Source: Bdellovibrionales bacterium (GTDB taxonomy: Bacteria > Bdellovibrionota > Bdellovibrionia > Bdellovibrionales > UBA1609). Taken from it: DNA of 64,000 nt. The stretch is taken from NCBI GenBank assembly GCA_965237565.1, contig OZ250145.1:571529-635528 (forward strand), read 5' to 3'. This document shows positions 1 to 10,451 of the stretch, in pieces (position 1 is the stretch's first letter; every line of letters starts with the position of its first letter). Below the pieces are notes generated by a model. That model saw nothing but the letters and a program-made list of their open reading frames with translations. It made no database searches and was not told the origin of the DNA. The position numbers were made by a program, and so were the translations under genes.

Positions 1-705
1 ACCAATCGTGGTTTGCAATTTTTGGATCTCATTCAAGAAGGAAACATGGGTTTGATGAAGGCGGTGGATAAGTTTGAATACCGCAGAGGTTACAAATTTT
101 CTACTTATGCTACTTGGTGGATTCGTCAAGCGATTACAAGAGCGATTGCCGACCAAGCTCGTACCATTCGTATTCCAGTTCATATGATTGAGACCATTAA
201 TAAGTTGGTGAGAACTTCTCGTTATTTGATCCAAGAACTTGGAAGAGAGCCTACTCCAGAGGAGATCGCAAAAAAAATGGAGATGCCGGTGGATAAAGTC
301 AGAAAAGTATTACGAATTGCTAGAGAACCAATCAGTTTAGAGACTCCGGTGGGTGAAGAAGATGATTCTCATTTGGGAGACTTTATTGAAGATAAAGGTG
401 TGATCAATCCTTCTTCGGCAATTGTGAGTTTGAATTTAATTGAACAAACAAGAAGAGTATTGGCGACTTTGACTCCTAGGGAGGAGCGTGTGCTTCGGAT
501 GCGTTTTGGAATTGGAGAGGAGAGTGATCACACTTTAGAAGAGGTGGGACAAGATTTTAATGTCACTCGTGAGCGCATACGTCAAATTGAAGCCAAGGCC
601 CTTCGTAAGCTTAGACATCCTAGTCGTTCCGTGAAGCTCAAGACTTTTGTAGATGCTGAAGGTGGCGGCGGGAATGACATGGCGGACGATGATACAGACG
701 AGTGA
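1..705 (+). CDS. rpoD: RNA polymerase sigma-70 factor RpoD, C-terminal part (5' end outside window)
   Basis: Frame 1 is open from nt 1. Region 2 motif [39 protein letters not shown] and region 4 [33 protein letters not shown] are present. Acidic tail, stop at 703-705. Confidence 0.95.
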   Translation, partial: TNRGLQFLDLIQEGNMGLMKAVDKFEYRRGYKFSTYATWWIRQAITRAIADQARTIRIPVHMIETINKLVRTSRYLIQELGREPTPEEIAKKMEMPVDKVRKVLRIAREPISLETPVGEEDDSHLGDFIEDKGVINPSSAIVSLNLIEQTRRVLATLTPREERVLRMRFGIGEESDHTLEEVGQDFNVTRERIRQIEAKALRKLRHPSRSVKLKTFVDAEGGGGNDMADDDTDE

Positions 706-758
706 ATCTGTGATATAATACAACGATGTACATGAGAGAAGATGATTGATTTACGGGC

Positions 759-832
759 GGGGGCTTAGCTTAGTTGGTTAAAGCATCCGGCTCATAACCG
801 GAGGATCGAAGGTTCGAGTCCTTCAGCCCCTA
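759..832 (+). tRNA. tRNA with CAU anticodon (elongator Met or lysidine-modified Ile2); CCA not encoded
   Basis: Manual cloverleaf: acceptor gggggct/agcccct, D arm gctt-agttggtta-aagc, anticodon arm tccgg-ctCATaa-ccgga, T arm gaagg-ttcgagt-ccttc. It lacks the three G-C pairs of initiator tRNA. Confidence 0.85.
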
Positions 833-972
833 CTATTTTTTTGTTCGTATTACACAATACTTCATTATTTATCAAATTATAGAGCATTAATTTTAATTAA
901 GTTACGAAATAGTATCTATTTTAGGTATGAGCCTTTTAAAAATATTGAAAATTAAAGTATATATTAAGTGAG

Positions 973-1470
973 ATGTTTTCTAAAAATATAAAAATTGCGT
1001 TGGTGATCGTTTTAATTTTAGTGGGAGCCTTTTTCTTTTTTGAAAGTGATGAATCTTACTTGAAAAAGAAAACAGTCTTTATAGTGGAATCACTTTCTCT
1101 AAAAATTCCTATGTCAGATATTGGAATGATTAGAAAAACAAATGAAATAATCAAACATATTGATATTTCCGTAGAGTTTAAAGTTCGCTTCGATAAAAGG
1201 ATTTTTGTTAAAAAATCATTAGCTCAACTAAGAGGTCTTTTGTTTCAATACTTTAAAAAAGCCGGTTTAAGGGGATTGGAAAAAGTAAAAAAGGATCAGC
1301 TAACAGTTCAAATAATTTCCAAGGGAAAACCAAAAAGAGCTCTGGTTTTATTTCCTCTTTCTTTAAAATGGGATGAGAAAATAATTCAATGCCAAGTAGA
1401 ACTCAACTGGGTTAAAGAAAAAAAATGGCTGATCAGTAAAGTCGAAGCTTTATCCTGTTTGGTTCAATGA
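973..1470 (+). CDS. hypothetical protein with N-terminal membrane anchor
   Basis: 165-aa ORF with hydrophobic N-terminus IKIALVIVLILVGAFFFF. A decayed second copy exists at 16509-16840. No recognisable motif. Confidence 0.6.
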   Translation: MFSKNIKIALVIVLILVGAFFFFESDESYLKKKTVFIVESLSLKIPMSDIGMIRKTNEIIKHIDISVEFKVRFDKRIFVKKSLAQLRGLLFQYFKKAGLRGLEKVKKDQLTVQIISKGKPKRALVLFPLSLKWDEKIIQCQVELNWVKEKKWLISKVEALSCLVQ

Positions 1471-1513
1471 AATCAAATTTCAAAAAAGTAGTTCATTAAT
1501 AATTAAAAATTTC

Positions 1514-1867
1514 TTATCCTGCTATAAATTTTTTATTTTCGTGATAATGGTGAGAAATCGCCCAAGTCTGATCATTGAGTTTTGTCACGATTATTCTTAG
1601 CTTTTTTATCGGCTTCTGCTTTAAGTAATAAAGCTGTTTCTTTCCCCTCTCCAATGATGGAAAGTAAATCCAAAGGAGTTTGGCCCCTTTTTTTACTAAT
1701 GATAAGGCTTTAAATAGTAGAACAGTGTTTTTAGTTTGGTTATTTTTAGGAGGTTCGAAAAAAGAGTTGGCCTTACTCCATAGAGAATAAGAGAAAAAAA
1801 GAAGAAAAATAAATGCAAATAATTTCATAAGGCCCCTACAGAAAGGAAAATCAGATTTTTTAGCCAA
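1514..1867 (-). pseudogene. remnant of a secreted ankyrin-repeat gene (internally deleted or frameshifted)
   Basis: The N-terminus MKLFAFIFLLFFSYSLW matches the signal peptide of the intact ankyrin gene at 16885-17952 (MKLFTFILLLFSYSLW). ALSLVKKGAK resembles ALLLVKKGVN. The rest is only ~100 aa and not ANK-like in this frame. Confidence 0.45.
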
Positions 1868-1942
1868 AACTAAAGGATTATTTTGAGAAAATTTACAAAA
1901 GGCTTATGGGAGCATTTGTCCATGCATCAAAAAAATACAGAT

Positions 1943-2998
1943 TTAAATATTACACACTGTTTTAATTAGTCTTTTAGTGACCGTATAGGGATCAGCGTTG
2001 GCACCTGGTCTTCTGTCCTCAAAATACCCACAGCCTTTTTGTTTTACGTACGCTGGAATCCTGATTGAAGCCGCTCTGTTAGCCACTCCCGATTTGAATT
2101 GATCAATAGCACAAGTTTCATGTTTCCCAGTCAAACGTTTTTCTAAACCATCTCCATAGACAGCAATATGTTCCTTGTGAGTTTTTTCTAAAAATTTAAT
2201 GGCCTCTTCGATCTTCTTGATCCCTGTTCCTAGTTCTCTCATCCCTTTCGTTGAAAAGTTGGTGTGTAAGCCCGCTCCATTCCAATCTCCCTCAATAGGC
2301 TTATTATCTAAAGACACCCTCACTCCATAGTTTTCAGCTACTCGGTAAAGAAACCACCTAGCCATCCACAGGTGATCGGTGGAAGTCAAAGGATCCAAAA
2401 TTTCAACCTCGGAATCTCTATAACCAATCTGAAACTCCCACTGTGCTGGCATCACTTCCGCATTGATTCCATATAAATAAAGCCCAGCCTTTTGACACAC
2501 TCTCATGTGCTCTTCCACGATATCTCTTCCAAATACTCTGTCTGTACCCACTCCACAGTAATAAGGTCCTTGGGGTTTTGGAGTTTTCTCCTTTGGCCAT
2601 CCCATTGGTCGATCATCTTTGAAAAAAGTGTACTCTTGTTCAAAACCAATCCAGATTTCTTCTTTTTTTGCTCCCTTCGATAAAAGTTCTCTTAAGAGAG
2701 CTCTTTGGTTAGTGGGATGAGCTGTCCTTCCATCAGATTGAAAAACTTCACACATGACAATGTAGGAGTTTTCGCTTCTCAAAGTGTTTTTGCAAAAAGC
2801 CACAGGCTTAAGAATGAGATCTGAATTTTCTCCCCCAGCCTGATAGGTGGAAGAACCATCAAAGCTCCATAGCGGGATGTCATCCACAACAAGTGTTTGC
2901 TTTATAAGAGGGACAAGCTTTGTTTTTGAACGAAGTTGCTGAGTGGGTTTGGCACCATCCAGCCAAATGTATTCCATTTCACAAGTGTTTGCTGTCAT
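1943..2998 (-). CDS. glnII: glutamine synthetase type II (eukaryote-like GSII), copy 1
   Basis: GSII hallmark motifs: DGSSTYQA, GFEQEYTFF, PQGPYYCGVG, NAEVMPAQWEFQIG, NGAGLHTNFS, YFEDRRPGANADPY. 351 aa. Starts 15 nt after the recQ stop. Confidence 0.93.
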   Translation of the reverse strand: MTANTCEMEYIWLDGAKPTQQLRSKTKLVPLIKQTLVVDDIPLWSFDGSSTYQAGGENSDLILKPVAFCKNTLRSENSYIVMCEVFQSDGRTAHPTNQRALLRELLSKGAKKEEIWIGFEQEYTFFKDDRPMGWPKEKTPKPQGPYYCGVGTDRVFGRDIVEEHMRVCQKAGLYLYGINAEVMPAQWEFQIGYRDSEVEILDPLTSTDHLWMARWFLYRVAENYGVRVSLDNKPIEGDWNGAGLHTNFSTKGMRELGTGIKKIEEAIKFLEKTHKEHIAVYGDGLEKRLTGKHETCAIDQFKSGVANRAASIRIPAYVKQKGCGYFEDRRPGANADPYTVTKRLIKTVCNI

Positions 2999-3013
2999 TA
3001 AGAAAAGACCTTA

Positions 3014-4435
3014 TCAAGTTTTGCAGTTGTCACAAAAATCACAGTTACTAATGCTGGTCTCTTCGAAGTAAAGACCAATTATGTTTTTTCGACAATCAGA
3101 ACTTTTAGCATATTCAAGCATTTTTTGTAAATGAATGAGTTGGTGTCTTTCTTTTTGCTTCAGTAAATCTGGTTCTGGCCACTCTTCAGACTCTCCAATC
3201 AGCTTAAAACCTTTGTTTGTTTCCACTATATAGTTCCATCTTTTCAATAAATTAATGGCTGTTTCTACCCGAAAATCATTTGAATTGTAAAAATTCATCT
3301 GTTCTCGGATAAAATCCACTCCCTCAGAAGCCACTTGCTCAGCTTTGTTTTTGAGGATGCGAAACACCTGCTGAATGAAAGACAAATTCGGATTGGCCCA
3401 CTTGATAAAACTCATACCAATGCTTAAATCGTCTTCATCGTAAAAAAGATAGCAAAAAGCTGGCTGGCCATCCCTTCCAGCTCTCCCCGCTTCTTGGTAA
3501 TAAGATTCAAGACTGGTCGGAATCTCAAAATGCAAAACCATTCTAATGTTTGGTTTGTCTACACCCAAACCAAAAGCCGGTGTAGCCAAAAGAAGAGGCA
3601 CTTTATTTTTTAAAAAGGCAGATTGGTTTTTGTGTCGTATCTGAGCTGGTATCTTAGAATGATATTTTACGAATGGAATTTTTTGTTGTTCCAGATATTG
3701 GGCTGTCTCTTCAAGTGTTTTGATTAAGGAAAAATACACAATACCGGTTTTGTGTTTTTCGATCAATTCGTACACAATGGGCAATTTGTTCGAAAAGCCA
3801 ACCAAGTGTTTGACCGCCAAATACAAATTTGGACGTTGCACACTGGATGTAAAAATCTTTGTTTCTGGAGAAAGATGAAGAATTTTAAAAATATCTTTTT
3901 TTGTGTGCAAACTGGCTGTTGCCGTGAGTGCTAGAGTGAGAGGATTTCCAAGCCTTTGTCTCACTTCCCCCAATCGAGAGTAATCAGGCCTGAAATCATG
4001 TCCCCATTGAGAAATGCAGTGGACTTCATCCACGACCAAAAGACTGAGTTTTTGTTTCTTTAAAAGAGCCATAAAATCTTTTTTTTGCAATCTCTCTGGT
4101 GTGACATAGAGCATTTTATAAGAGCCTTTGCTGAAGGCTTTCATGATGTCTGTTCGTTCTTTTTTCGAAAGGGCCGAGTGAATGGCCTCGGCTGGGATGT
4201 TTTTTTGTTTCAAACGATCCACCTGATCTTTCATCAGGGCAATGAGAGGGGATACCACGATCGTTAAACCCTCTTGCATGAGAGCCGGAAGTTGGTAACA
4301 GAGACTTTTCCCCCAGCCTGTGGGCATGATGACAAGCGTGTCTTGTTGCCCAAGTATGCCTGATACAACTTCTTTTTGAGGTTTTTTGAACTTTTTTAAG
4401 CCAAAATATTTTTGAAGATTTGATTCAAGAGTCAT
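3014..4435 (-). CDS. recQ: RecQ-family ATP-dependent DNA helicase (short form, no obvious HRDC)
   Basis: Walker A MPTGWGKS, DEVH box with the RecQ signature VVDEVHCISQWGHDFRPDY, motif VI YYQEAGRAGRDG, C-terminal Cys cluster CDFCDNC. Confidence 0.88.
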   Translation of the reverse strand: MTLESNLQKYFGLKKFKKPQKEVVSGILGQQDTLVIMPTGWGKSLCYQLPALMQEGLTIVVSPLIALMKDQVDRLKQKNIPAEAIHSALSKKERTDIMKAFSKGSYKMLYVTPERLQKKDFMALLKKQKLSLLVVDEVHCISQWGHDFRPDYSRLGEVRQRLGNPLTLALTATASLHTKKDIFKILHLSPETKIFTSSVQRPNLYLAVKHLVGFSNKLPIVYELIEKHKTGIVYFSLIKTLEETAQYLEQQKIPFVKYHSKIPAQIRHKNQSAFLKNKVPLLLATPAFGLGVDKPNIRMVLHFEIPTSLESYYQEAGRAGRDGQPAFCYLFYDEDDLSIGMSFIKWANPNLSFIQQVFRILKNKAEQVASEGVDFIREQMNFYNSNDFRVETAINLLKRWNYIVETNKGFKLIGESEEWPEPDLLKQKERHQLIHLQKMLEYAKSSDCRKNIIGLYFEETSISNCDFCDNCKT

Positions 4436-4500
4436 TGTCAGCCATTCTGATTATAGCACTCTATTCTATCAAATTATTTTTCGGAGTTTTAATTTTTTGT
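4319..4500. repeat. direct repeat copy A (recQ first ~40 codons plus upstream region)
   Basis: Aligns by eye to 5584-5767 at roughly 90% identity with small indels. Confidence 0.85.
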
Positions 4501-4596
4501 TGATTCTAGGTGATATTTTATCTCCTACTTTTTTATAGCTTGCTGTGATTGATGTAATCTTTTTAGATTGTGATGATACTCATCAAGTGCTTTTAA

Positions 4597-5085
4597 TTAC
4601 CAATAGGTCTCAATGAGGAAGTCAACAAAATCACCCTCAGTCGATATACCTTCATCTGTATCATCAGTCATCGATGCAGTTTTATCTGTCTTTTCATCTT
4701 CCTCAATTTCTTTTTTTACTTTCTTAGTGCACCTATCTAACTCTAACTTATTAACTGAAACAATTGAAGAACCATCTAATATTAGTGCTGTATCCTCCCT
4801 TATGTTAGTCATTGTAATAGTCCGAAATTTCCCTACTAACATCACGCTCATAACAGGGCCGTTTTGTACTGTAATCGCGAGTGGATTTTTTTTATTTTTA
4901 CTTATAAAGATTTTTTCAACAGGACTATTTTCGTCTCGAAGACATCTTTTTATTGCAAGTATTCCCGACTCCGAAAATTTTTCACGTTGGCTATCTGGAA
5001 TATCTGCTGCCATCACCTGCTGAGGGCTGACAAAAGCCAAGGCAAGTAACACAAGTATTAATTTGTATTTATTTGTATTTTTCAT
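4597..5085 (-). CDS. hypothetical secreted protein
   Basis: 162-aa ORF with signal peptide MKNTNKYKLILVLLALAFVSPQQVMA and an acidic C-terminal third. No known motif. Confidence 0.55.
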   Translation of the reverse strand: MKNTNKYKLILVLLALAFVSPQQVMAADIPDSQREKFSESGILAIKRCLRDENSPVEKIFISKNKKNPLAITVQNGPVMSVMLVGKFRTITMTNIREDTALILDGSSIVSVNKLELDRCTKKVKKEIEEDEKTDKTASMTDDTDEGISTEGDFVDFLIETYW

Positions 5086-5481
5086 ATCATTTCCCCCTTA
5101 GTTCATATAACGAAAGCTTATATATTCTTAATTTTTTGAACATTGATAAACATTGGCTCCTCACAAGACTTCCATCCAATTTAAATCAATTCAGTGAAAC
5201 ATTATTACCTTTTTATGCATAGCAATGTAATCTATATTTTAGGGTATTGTATATAATACATAGCATAGTATAAAAATGAAAAATCCTTTTATAGTAAGAA
5301 CTTATTTTATTTTTGATTGGGATTACAAGTTTTTTCTGGTGATTACCATTGCCTAATAAGTATATGGTTTCGTTGATTCGGCTTCTTTTCAATCAGCTTT
5401 ATGATTTGCACGATTTAATTTTAAGTTAACTTGTTGTTTTTATTTAATTTATTTTGTTTTTTCTTATCATGCACTTTATCG

Positions 5482-5575
5482 TGGCGGAGGGAGAGGGATT
5501 CGAACCCTCGAAATGTTTGACCATTTACACGCTTTCCAAGCGTGTGTCTTCAGTCAGCCACTCGGCCACCCCCCA
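5482..5575 (-). tRNA. tRNA-Ser(GGA), class II with long variable arm, CCA encoded; some irregular features
   Basis: The reverse complement gives anticodon arm cacgc-ttGGAaa-gcgtg, variable arm aaatg/cattt, T arm gaggg-ttcgaat-ccctc and acceptor 3' strand tccctcc-g-cca. Anomalies: U1:C72 mismatch, a D-stem mismatch and a ctga-ctga duplication in the D loop, so it may be impaired. Confidence 0.6.
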
Positions 5576-5583
5576 GGCCTCTT

Positions 5584-5767
5584 TGTGGGCATGATGACAA
5601 AGCGTGTCTTGTTGCTCAAGTATGCCTTAATACAACTTCTTTTTGAGTTTTTTTGAACTTTTTTAAGCCAAAATATTTTTGAAGATTTGATTCAAGAATC
5701 ATTGTCAGCCATTTTGATCATAGTGCTCCATTTTATCAAATTATTTTTCGGGGTTTTGATTTTTTAC
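5584..5767 (-). pseudogene. duplicated recQ 5' fragment plus recQ upstream region (direct repeat copy B)
   Basis: Minus-strand reading gives MILESNLQKYFGLKKFKKTQKEVVLRHT*, compared with authentic MTLESNLQKYFGLKKFKKPQKEVVSG. It is truncated by a stop after an indel. Confidence 0.85.
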
Positions 5768-5959
5768 TAGCCTTGATTCAAGAGCTATGGCAATCAGATT
5801 TTTTTGTTTGCTTCTCGTGTTTCACAAGTGATATTTATAGTGGACTCATAGGAAGTCCTCAGGACAGGCTTTAAGATTATATTCAAAAAGAGGACAAAAG
5901 GTGAATTTGCCGGGCAGGATAGAATCGAACACTTTAATAAATAACGAGGATTTGGGCTA

Positions 5960-8068
5960 ATGAGTAGAAAATGGGATATTAAAAAAGTACGAAATATTGG
6001 AATCTCTGCACACATTGATTCAGGGAAAACCACCTTGACGGAAAGGATTTTGTATTACACAGGCCGTATCCACGTGATTCACGACGTCCGGGGCAAGGAC
6101 GGAGTGGGTGCCAAAATGGATTCCATGGAATTGGAAAAAGAACGAGGAATTACGATTAAATCCGCGGCAACTAATGTGCAATGGGAAGATTGTGCGATCA
6201 ATATTATTGACACCCCTGGGCATGTGGATTTTACGATCGAAGTGGAAAGAGCTTTAAGAGTCTTGGATGGTGCGATCTTGGTGCTATGTGGAGTGGCCGG
6301 TGTGCAATCCCAATCCATTACAGTGGATCGGCAAATGCGTCGCTACCATGTTCCTCGCATCGCTTTCATTAACAAGCTAGATAGGGCAGGAGCCAATCCA
6401 TTTCGAGTGTCCGAAATGCTAAAAGAAAAATTGAATCACAACATAGTTTTGATGCAAATTCCAATTGGCCTAGAGTCTGCACACGAAGGCGTTGTGGATC
6501 TCATTCAAATGAAAGCGATTTATTTCGAAGGAGATGAAGGGGAAAATCCTGTGCTTAAGGATATTCCAAGCCAACTCATGAAACAGGCAAAAGAATATCG
6601 AATAAAAATGATTGAATCTTTGTCAGATTTTGATGATGGCTTGGCTGAAAAATTTCTAAACGAAGAAGATCCCTCTGAGGAATTAATCAAAAATGCCATT
6701 CGTAAAGCCACTTTGTCATTAGAGATCACCCCTGTTTTCATGGGCTCAGCCTTTAAAAACAAAGGGGTGCAAAGTGTTTTATCAGGGGTGGTGGATTATC
6801 TACCAGATCCCTCCCAAATAGAAAATAGAGCCCTCGATCAATCCAAGAAAGAAAAGGAAATAATCTTATCAACTGATCCCGAAAAACCTTTTGTGGGTCT
6901 GGCCTTTAAATTAGAGGATGGACGCTTTGGACAACTTACCTATATGAGACTTTACCAAGGAAAAGTGTGCAAAGGTGATTTTATTTATAATGTACGAACA
7001 GGACAAAAACTAAAAGTTCCTCGCATTGTATACATGCACTCAGATGAGATGGAAGATGTTGAGCAAGCAGAGGCAGGAGACATTGTCGCTTTTTTTGGAA
7101 TTGATTGTGCTTCAGGGGACACTTTTTGTTCGAAAGACATTCAATACACGATGACTTCTATGTTTGTGCCAGAACCGGTGATTTCTTTAGCTATCCAAGC
7201 CAAAGAACGCAATGCAACCAGCAATTTCAACAAAGCTTTGTTGAAATTTCATAAGGAAGACCCCACCTTCCAGGTGCATCGTGATAGAGAATCTGGTGAG
7301 ACGATCATTTCAGGGATGGGGGAATTACACTTAAATATTTATATCGAAAGAATGAAAAGAGAATTTAGTTGCGAGGTGCAAGCGGGACAGCCCCAAGTGG
7401 CTTATCGGGAAACAATTACTCGGGAAGTGGAATACGATTACACTCACAAGAAGCAAACCGGGGGAGCAGGACAATTTGCAAGGGTTCAGGGAACTCTTGG
7501 CCCTCTTCCAGAAGGTTCTGGCAAGAATTATGAATTCATCAGTAAAGTTAGGGGAGGCCGGATTCCAAAAGAATACATCCCAGCTGTTGACCGGGGTTTT
7601 CAAAAGCAAATGCAAAAAGGTCCTCTGATTGGTTTTCCCATCGTTGGTGTGAAAGCCATTTTATCCGACGGAGCTTTTCATGATGTAGATTCCAGTGAGT
7701 TGGCCTTTAAAATCTGTGCCATGTCGACATTTCGTGAATATTTCATTAAAGCAAAGCCAGTTATTTTGGAACCCATCATGAAGCTGGAAGTGGCGGCTCC
7801 AGAAGAATTCCAAGGCAATGTGATTGGGCAGATCAACCAAAGAAGAGGGATGATAAAAAATAGCCAATCAGAACAAAAATTTGTAACCATTGAAGCAGAG
7901 GTTCCCTTAGCTACCATGTTTGATTATTCCACAGAGCTGCGTTCAGCTACCCAAGGGAAAGGAGAGTTTACGATGGAGTTTGCCCGTTACTCTCAAGTGC
8001 CAGCCAGCGTGCAAGAAGAGCTGATCAAGATGTATGAAGAAAAACGAAAAAAGGAAAAAAGAGCATGA
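5960..8068 (+). CDS. fusA: elongation factor G (mitochondrial/spd-EFG1-like type)
   Basis: G domain motifs [22 protein letters not shown]. 702 aa. The switch region [26 protein letters not shown] resembles mitochondrial EF-G1 rather than E. coli FusA. Confidence 0.95.
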   Translation: MSRKWDIKKVRNIGISAHIDSGKTTLTERILYYTGRIHVIHDVRGKDGVGAKMDSMELEKERGITIKSAATNVQWEDCAINIIDTPGHVDFTIEVERALRVLDGAILVLCGVAGVQSQSITVDRQMRRYHVPRIAFINKLDRAGANPFRVSEMLKEKLNHNIVLMQIPIGLESAHEGVVDLIQMKAIYFEGDEGENPVLKDIPSQLMKQAKEYRIKMIESLSDFDDGLAEKFLNEEDPSEELIKNAIRKATLSLEITPVFMGSAFKNKGVQSVLSGVVDYLPDPSQIENRALDQSKKEKEIILSTDPEKPFVGLAFKLEDGRFGQLTYMRLYQGKVCKGDFIYNVRTGQKLKVPRIVYMHSDEMEDVEQAEAGDIVAFFGIDCASGDTFCSKDIQYTMTSMFVPEPVISLAIQAKERNATSNFNKALLKFHKEDPTFQVHRDRESGETIISGMGELHLNIYIERMKREFSCEVQAGQPQVAYRETITREVEYDYTHKKQTGGAGQFARVQGTLGPLPEGSGKNYEFISKVRGGRIPKEYIPAVDRGFQKQMQKGPLIGFPIVGVKAILSDGAFHDVDSSELAFKICAMSTFREYFIKAKPVILEPIMKLEVAAPEEFQGNVIGQINQRRGMIKNSQSEQKFVTIEAEVPLATMFDYSTELRSATQGKGEFTMEFARYSQVPASVQEELIKMYEEKRKKEKRA

Positions 8069-8625
8069 TTCTCTCTGATGAAGGGATTCGAGATCGAATC
8101 AAAAAAAATGAAATAAAGATTGATCCACTTAGCGAAGGCTCTATTCAGTCAGCTTCTGTGGATTTGAAATTGGGATTTGAGTTTATTATTATTAAACATT
8201 GGAATAGTGAAATTTTAAACTTTCGTTCTGAACCGAAATATCAATCTGTTCAAACAGATCAATTTTTATTACCCTCTCATTCTTTTGTTTTAGCCACTAC
8301 AATCGAAACCGTTCAGATTCCTCCTGATTTGACGGCCTTTGTGGAAGGTCGTAGCTCCATTGGTCGAATGGGGCTTTTTATTCAAAATGCGGGATTGGTG
8401 GATCCGGGCTATAAAGGCCAGCTCACTTTAGAACTTTATAATGCTAATTCTTTGCCTATTCGCCTCGATTCGGGTTGGAGAATCTGCCAAATCGTGTTCC
8501 ATAAAATGGATCAAAAGACCACAAACCCTTATAAAGGCAAATACCAAGGCCAAAAAGGAGTGACGGGAACCCGTATTTCTGAGGATAAGGAAAATAGTGT
8601 AAAACCAGATAAAAATCTGCTATAG
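8065..8625 (+). CDS. dcd: dCTP deaminase
   Basis: N-terminus MILSDEGI, then SVDLKLG and [37 protein letters not shown] overlap with the fusA stop. Confidence 0.9.
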   Translation: MILSDEGIRDRIKKNEIKIDPLSEGSIQSASVDLKLGFEFIIIKHWNSEILNFRSEPKYQSVQTDQFLLPSHSFVLATTIETVQIPPDLTAFVEGRSSIGRMGLFIQNAGLVDPGYKGQLTLELYNANSLPIRLDSGWRICQIVFHKMDQKTTNPYKGKYQGQKGVTGTRISEDKENSVKPDKNLL

Positions 8626-8829
8626 TCCAAATCAGTTAATGAAGGCGTCTTTTGATCTAGAAAATTCTCTTGGCAGTTTGGAATTCGGCGATGATGACCC
8701 GGATTCGAATCCTTCCATTCCATTTTTTTCCCTTTACGAAAATTCTATGTGGCTGAGGTTTTTACTATTAAAAAATTTGTTGCAAAATCCTCAAAGACCT
8801 AATTTTTGTTTTGAATCAAAGGAGAATCG

Positions 8830-9864
8830 GTGAACCTACTGATTCTTTATTTTTTTCTGGCAGTAGTGGTGTCCTTTTTTTGTTCTTTGTTGGAAGCTGT
8901 GATGCTTTCCGTAAACTCTGTTTACATTCGTGCTTCCATCAAAAAGAAAAAACCTTATGGCCCTTTGCTCAAATCGCTAAAATCTCAGATGGATCGTCCT
9001 TTGTCAGCGATTTTGACGTTTAATACGATTGCCAACACGGTTGGGGCTACGGGAGTGGGGGCCCAAGTTCACGTTCTTTACGGAAGTGCGTATGTGGCGT
9101 TTGCCTCTGGGATCTTAACCCTCGTTATTTTAATTGTCTCAGAAATCATACCCAAAACACTGGGAGCTTCTCACTGGAGAATCTTAGCTCCGAGTGTGGT
9201 CTATGTTGTAAGGGGTTTGATTGTTGCCGCCTATCCTTTTGTTTTGCTTTCAGAAAAACTTTACAGTCTTTTGTCTCGCAAAAAAGTCGTCTCTGTCACT
9301 CGTGAAGATATGATTGTTACCGCTGAGATGGGTGCTAGTGAAGGGACGATTGCACAAAAAGAAAGTCGAATAATTAAGAACTTGCTCATGCTTGACACGT
9401 TAAAAGTCTCTGAAATCATGACCCCCAGAGCGGTGATTTTAGCTTTCGAGAAAAAAATGAAAATCAAAGAGGTCATGCATAAATACCAACCCATTCGATT
9501 TTCTCGTGTCCCTCTCTACGAAGGGAGTTTGGACCAAATAGAGGGCTTTATTCATCGTTATAAAATTTTGGAAGCTCACGCTCATGATCTTTTCGATATT
9601 CCCTTGGGAGATTACATGACACCCATTCACTCCGTTCCAGAGAAAATTTCTGTGGCCGCCGTTTTGGATCAGTTTATTAAAAGAAAAGAGCATGTGTTTA
9701 TAGTAGTGGATTCTTATGGTGGCTTGACGGGTCTTGTGACTTTAGAAGATGCTATCGAAACTCTTTTGGGTGTTGAAATCGTAGACGAGTTTGATCCCGT
9801 GGCAGACATGAGACAGTTCGCTTTGGATCAATGGGAACTGAAAAAAAGAACAATGGGCAAGTGA
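8830..9864 (+). CDS. CNNM/CorC-HlyC family membrane protein (DUF21 + CBS pair)
   Basis: N-terminal TM domain with LSAILTFNTIANTVGA and SEIIPKTLG, followed by a CBS-pair region (VSEIMTPRAVI ... VVDSYGGLTGLVTLEDAIETLLG). GTG start. Confidence 0.82.
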   Translation: MNLLILYFFLAVVVSFFCSLLEAVMLSVNSVYIRASIKKKKPYGPLLKSLKSQMDRPLSAILTFNTIANTVGATGVGAQVHVLYGSAYVAFASGILTLVILIVSEIIPKTLGASHWRILAPSVVYVVRGLIVAAYPFVLLSEKLYSLLSRKKVVSVTREDMIVTAEMGASEGTIAQKESRIIKNLLMLDTLKVSEIMTPRAVILAFEKKMKIKEVMHKYQPIRFSRVPLYEGSLDQIEGFIHRYKILEAHAHDLFDIPLGDYMTPIHSVPEKISVAAVLDQFIKRKEHVFIVVDSYGGLTGLVTLEDAIETLLGVEIVDEFDPVADMRQFALDQWELKKRTMGK

Positions 9865-9915
9865 TAAAAAAAACCCATAAAATATCAATCAGGTAAAACA
9901 AAGTATCCACTTACT

Positions 9916-10248
9916 ATGAATCAGCACGGTTTTTTATATGTGACAGCCTCTCATCTTGAAGAAGCCAAAAAACTTGCAAAAATTTGTCTGAACAAAAAGT
10001 TAGCCGCTTGCGTTAATATTTTCCCCTCTGTGTTATCTTTTTATTCTTGGAAGGGAGAGGAAAGAGAAGACGCTGAGGTGATTCTCATCATCAAGACTCG
10101 GGAGGATTTATTTGAAGATTTATGCTCTCTGATAAAGGAAAATCACAGTTACGATTGTCCTTGCTTGGTTTTTCTTCCTTTTTCCAATGGAACAAGAGAT
10201 TTTCTTTCGTGGATGGATTCGCAACTAAAAGACAAGACCGATTTCTGA
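9916..10248 (+). CDS. cutA: divalent-cation tolerance protein CutA
   Basis: 110 aa with LAACVNIFPSVLSFYSWKGE..E.EVILIIKT, typical of CutA1. Confidence 0.82.
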   Translation: MNQHGFLYVTASHLEEAKKLAKICLNKKLAACVNIFPSVLSFYSWKGEEREDAEVILIIKTREDLFEDLCSLIKENHSYDCPCLVFLPFSNGTRDFLSWMDSQLKDKTDF

Positions 10249-10451
10249 AAATCATGCAAATTTTCTTTGTTTAGTTGTAGATGGGTTGAAAGGGAAACAA
10301 GAGGGAAAGCTCAGAATACATAAATCAGCTTTAGAGAGCTAGTAAATACTTAAAAAATAAAATTTCTTTTTTCTTTTATTTACATTGAATTTTTTATTTA
10401 TTATTTGAAGGGTGTTCAAAGATAGCATTCAAAAAGAAAGGATCTTTCGCC

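Noticed and set aside
8639-9023. Two small overlapping ORFs (8639-8833, 8811-9023) before or overlapping the CNNM gene
   Set aside because: They have no motifs. The second overlaps the well-supported CNNM reading frame out of frame.
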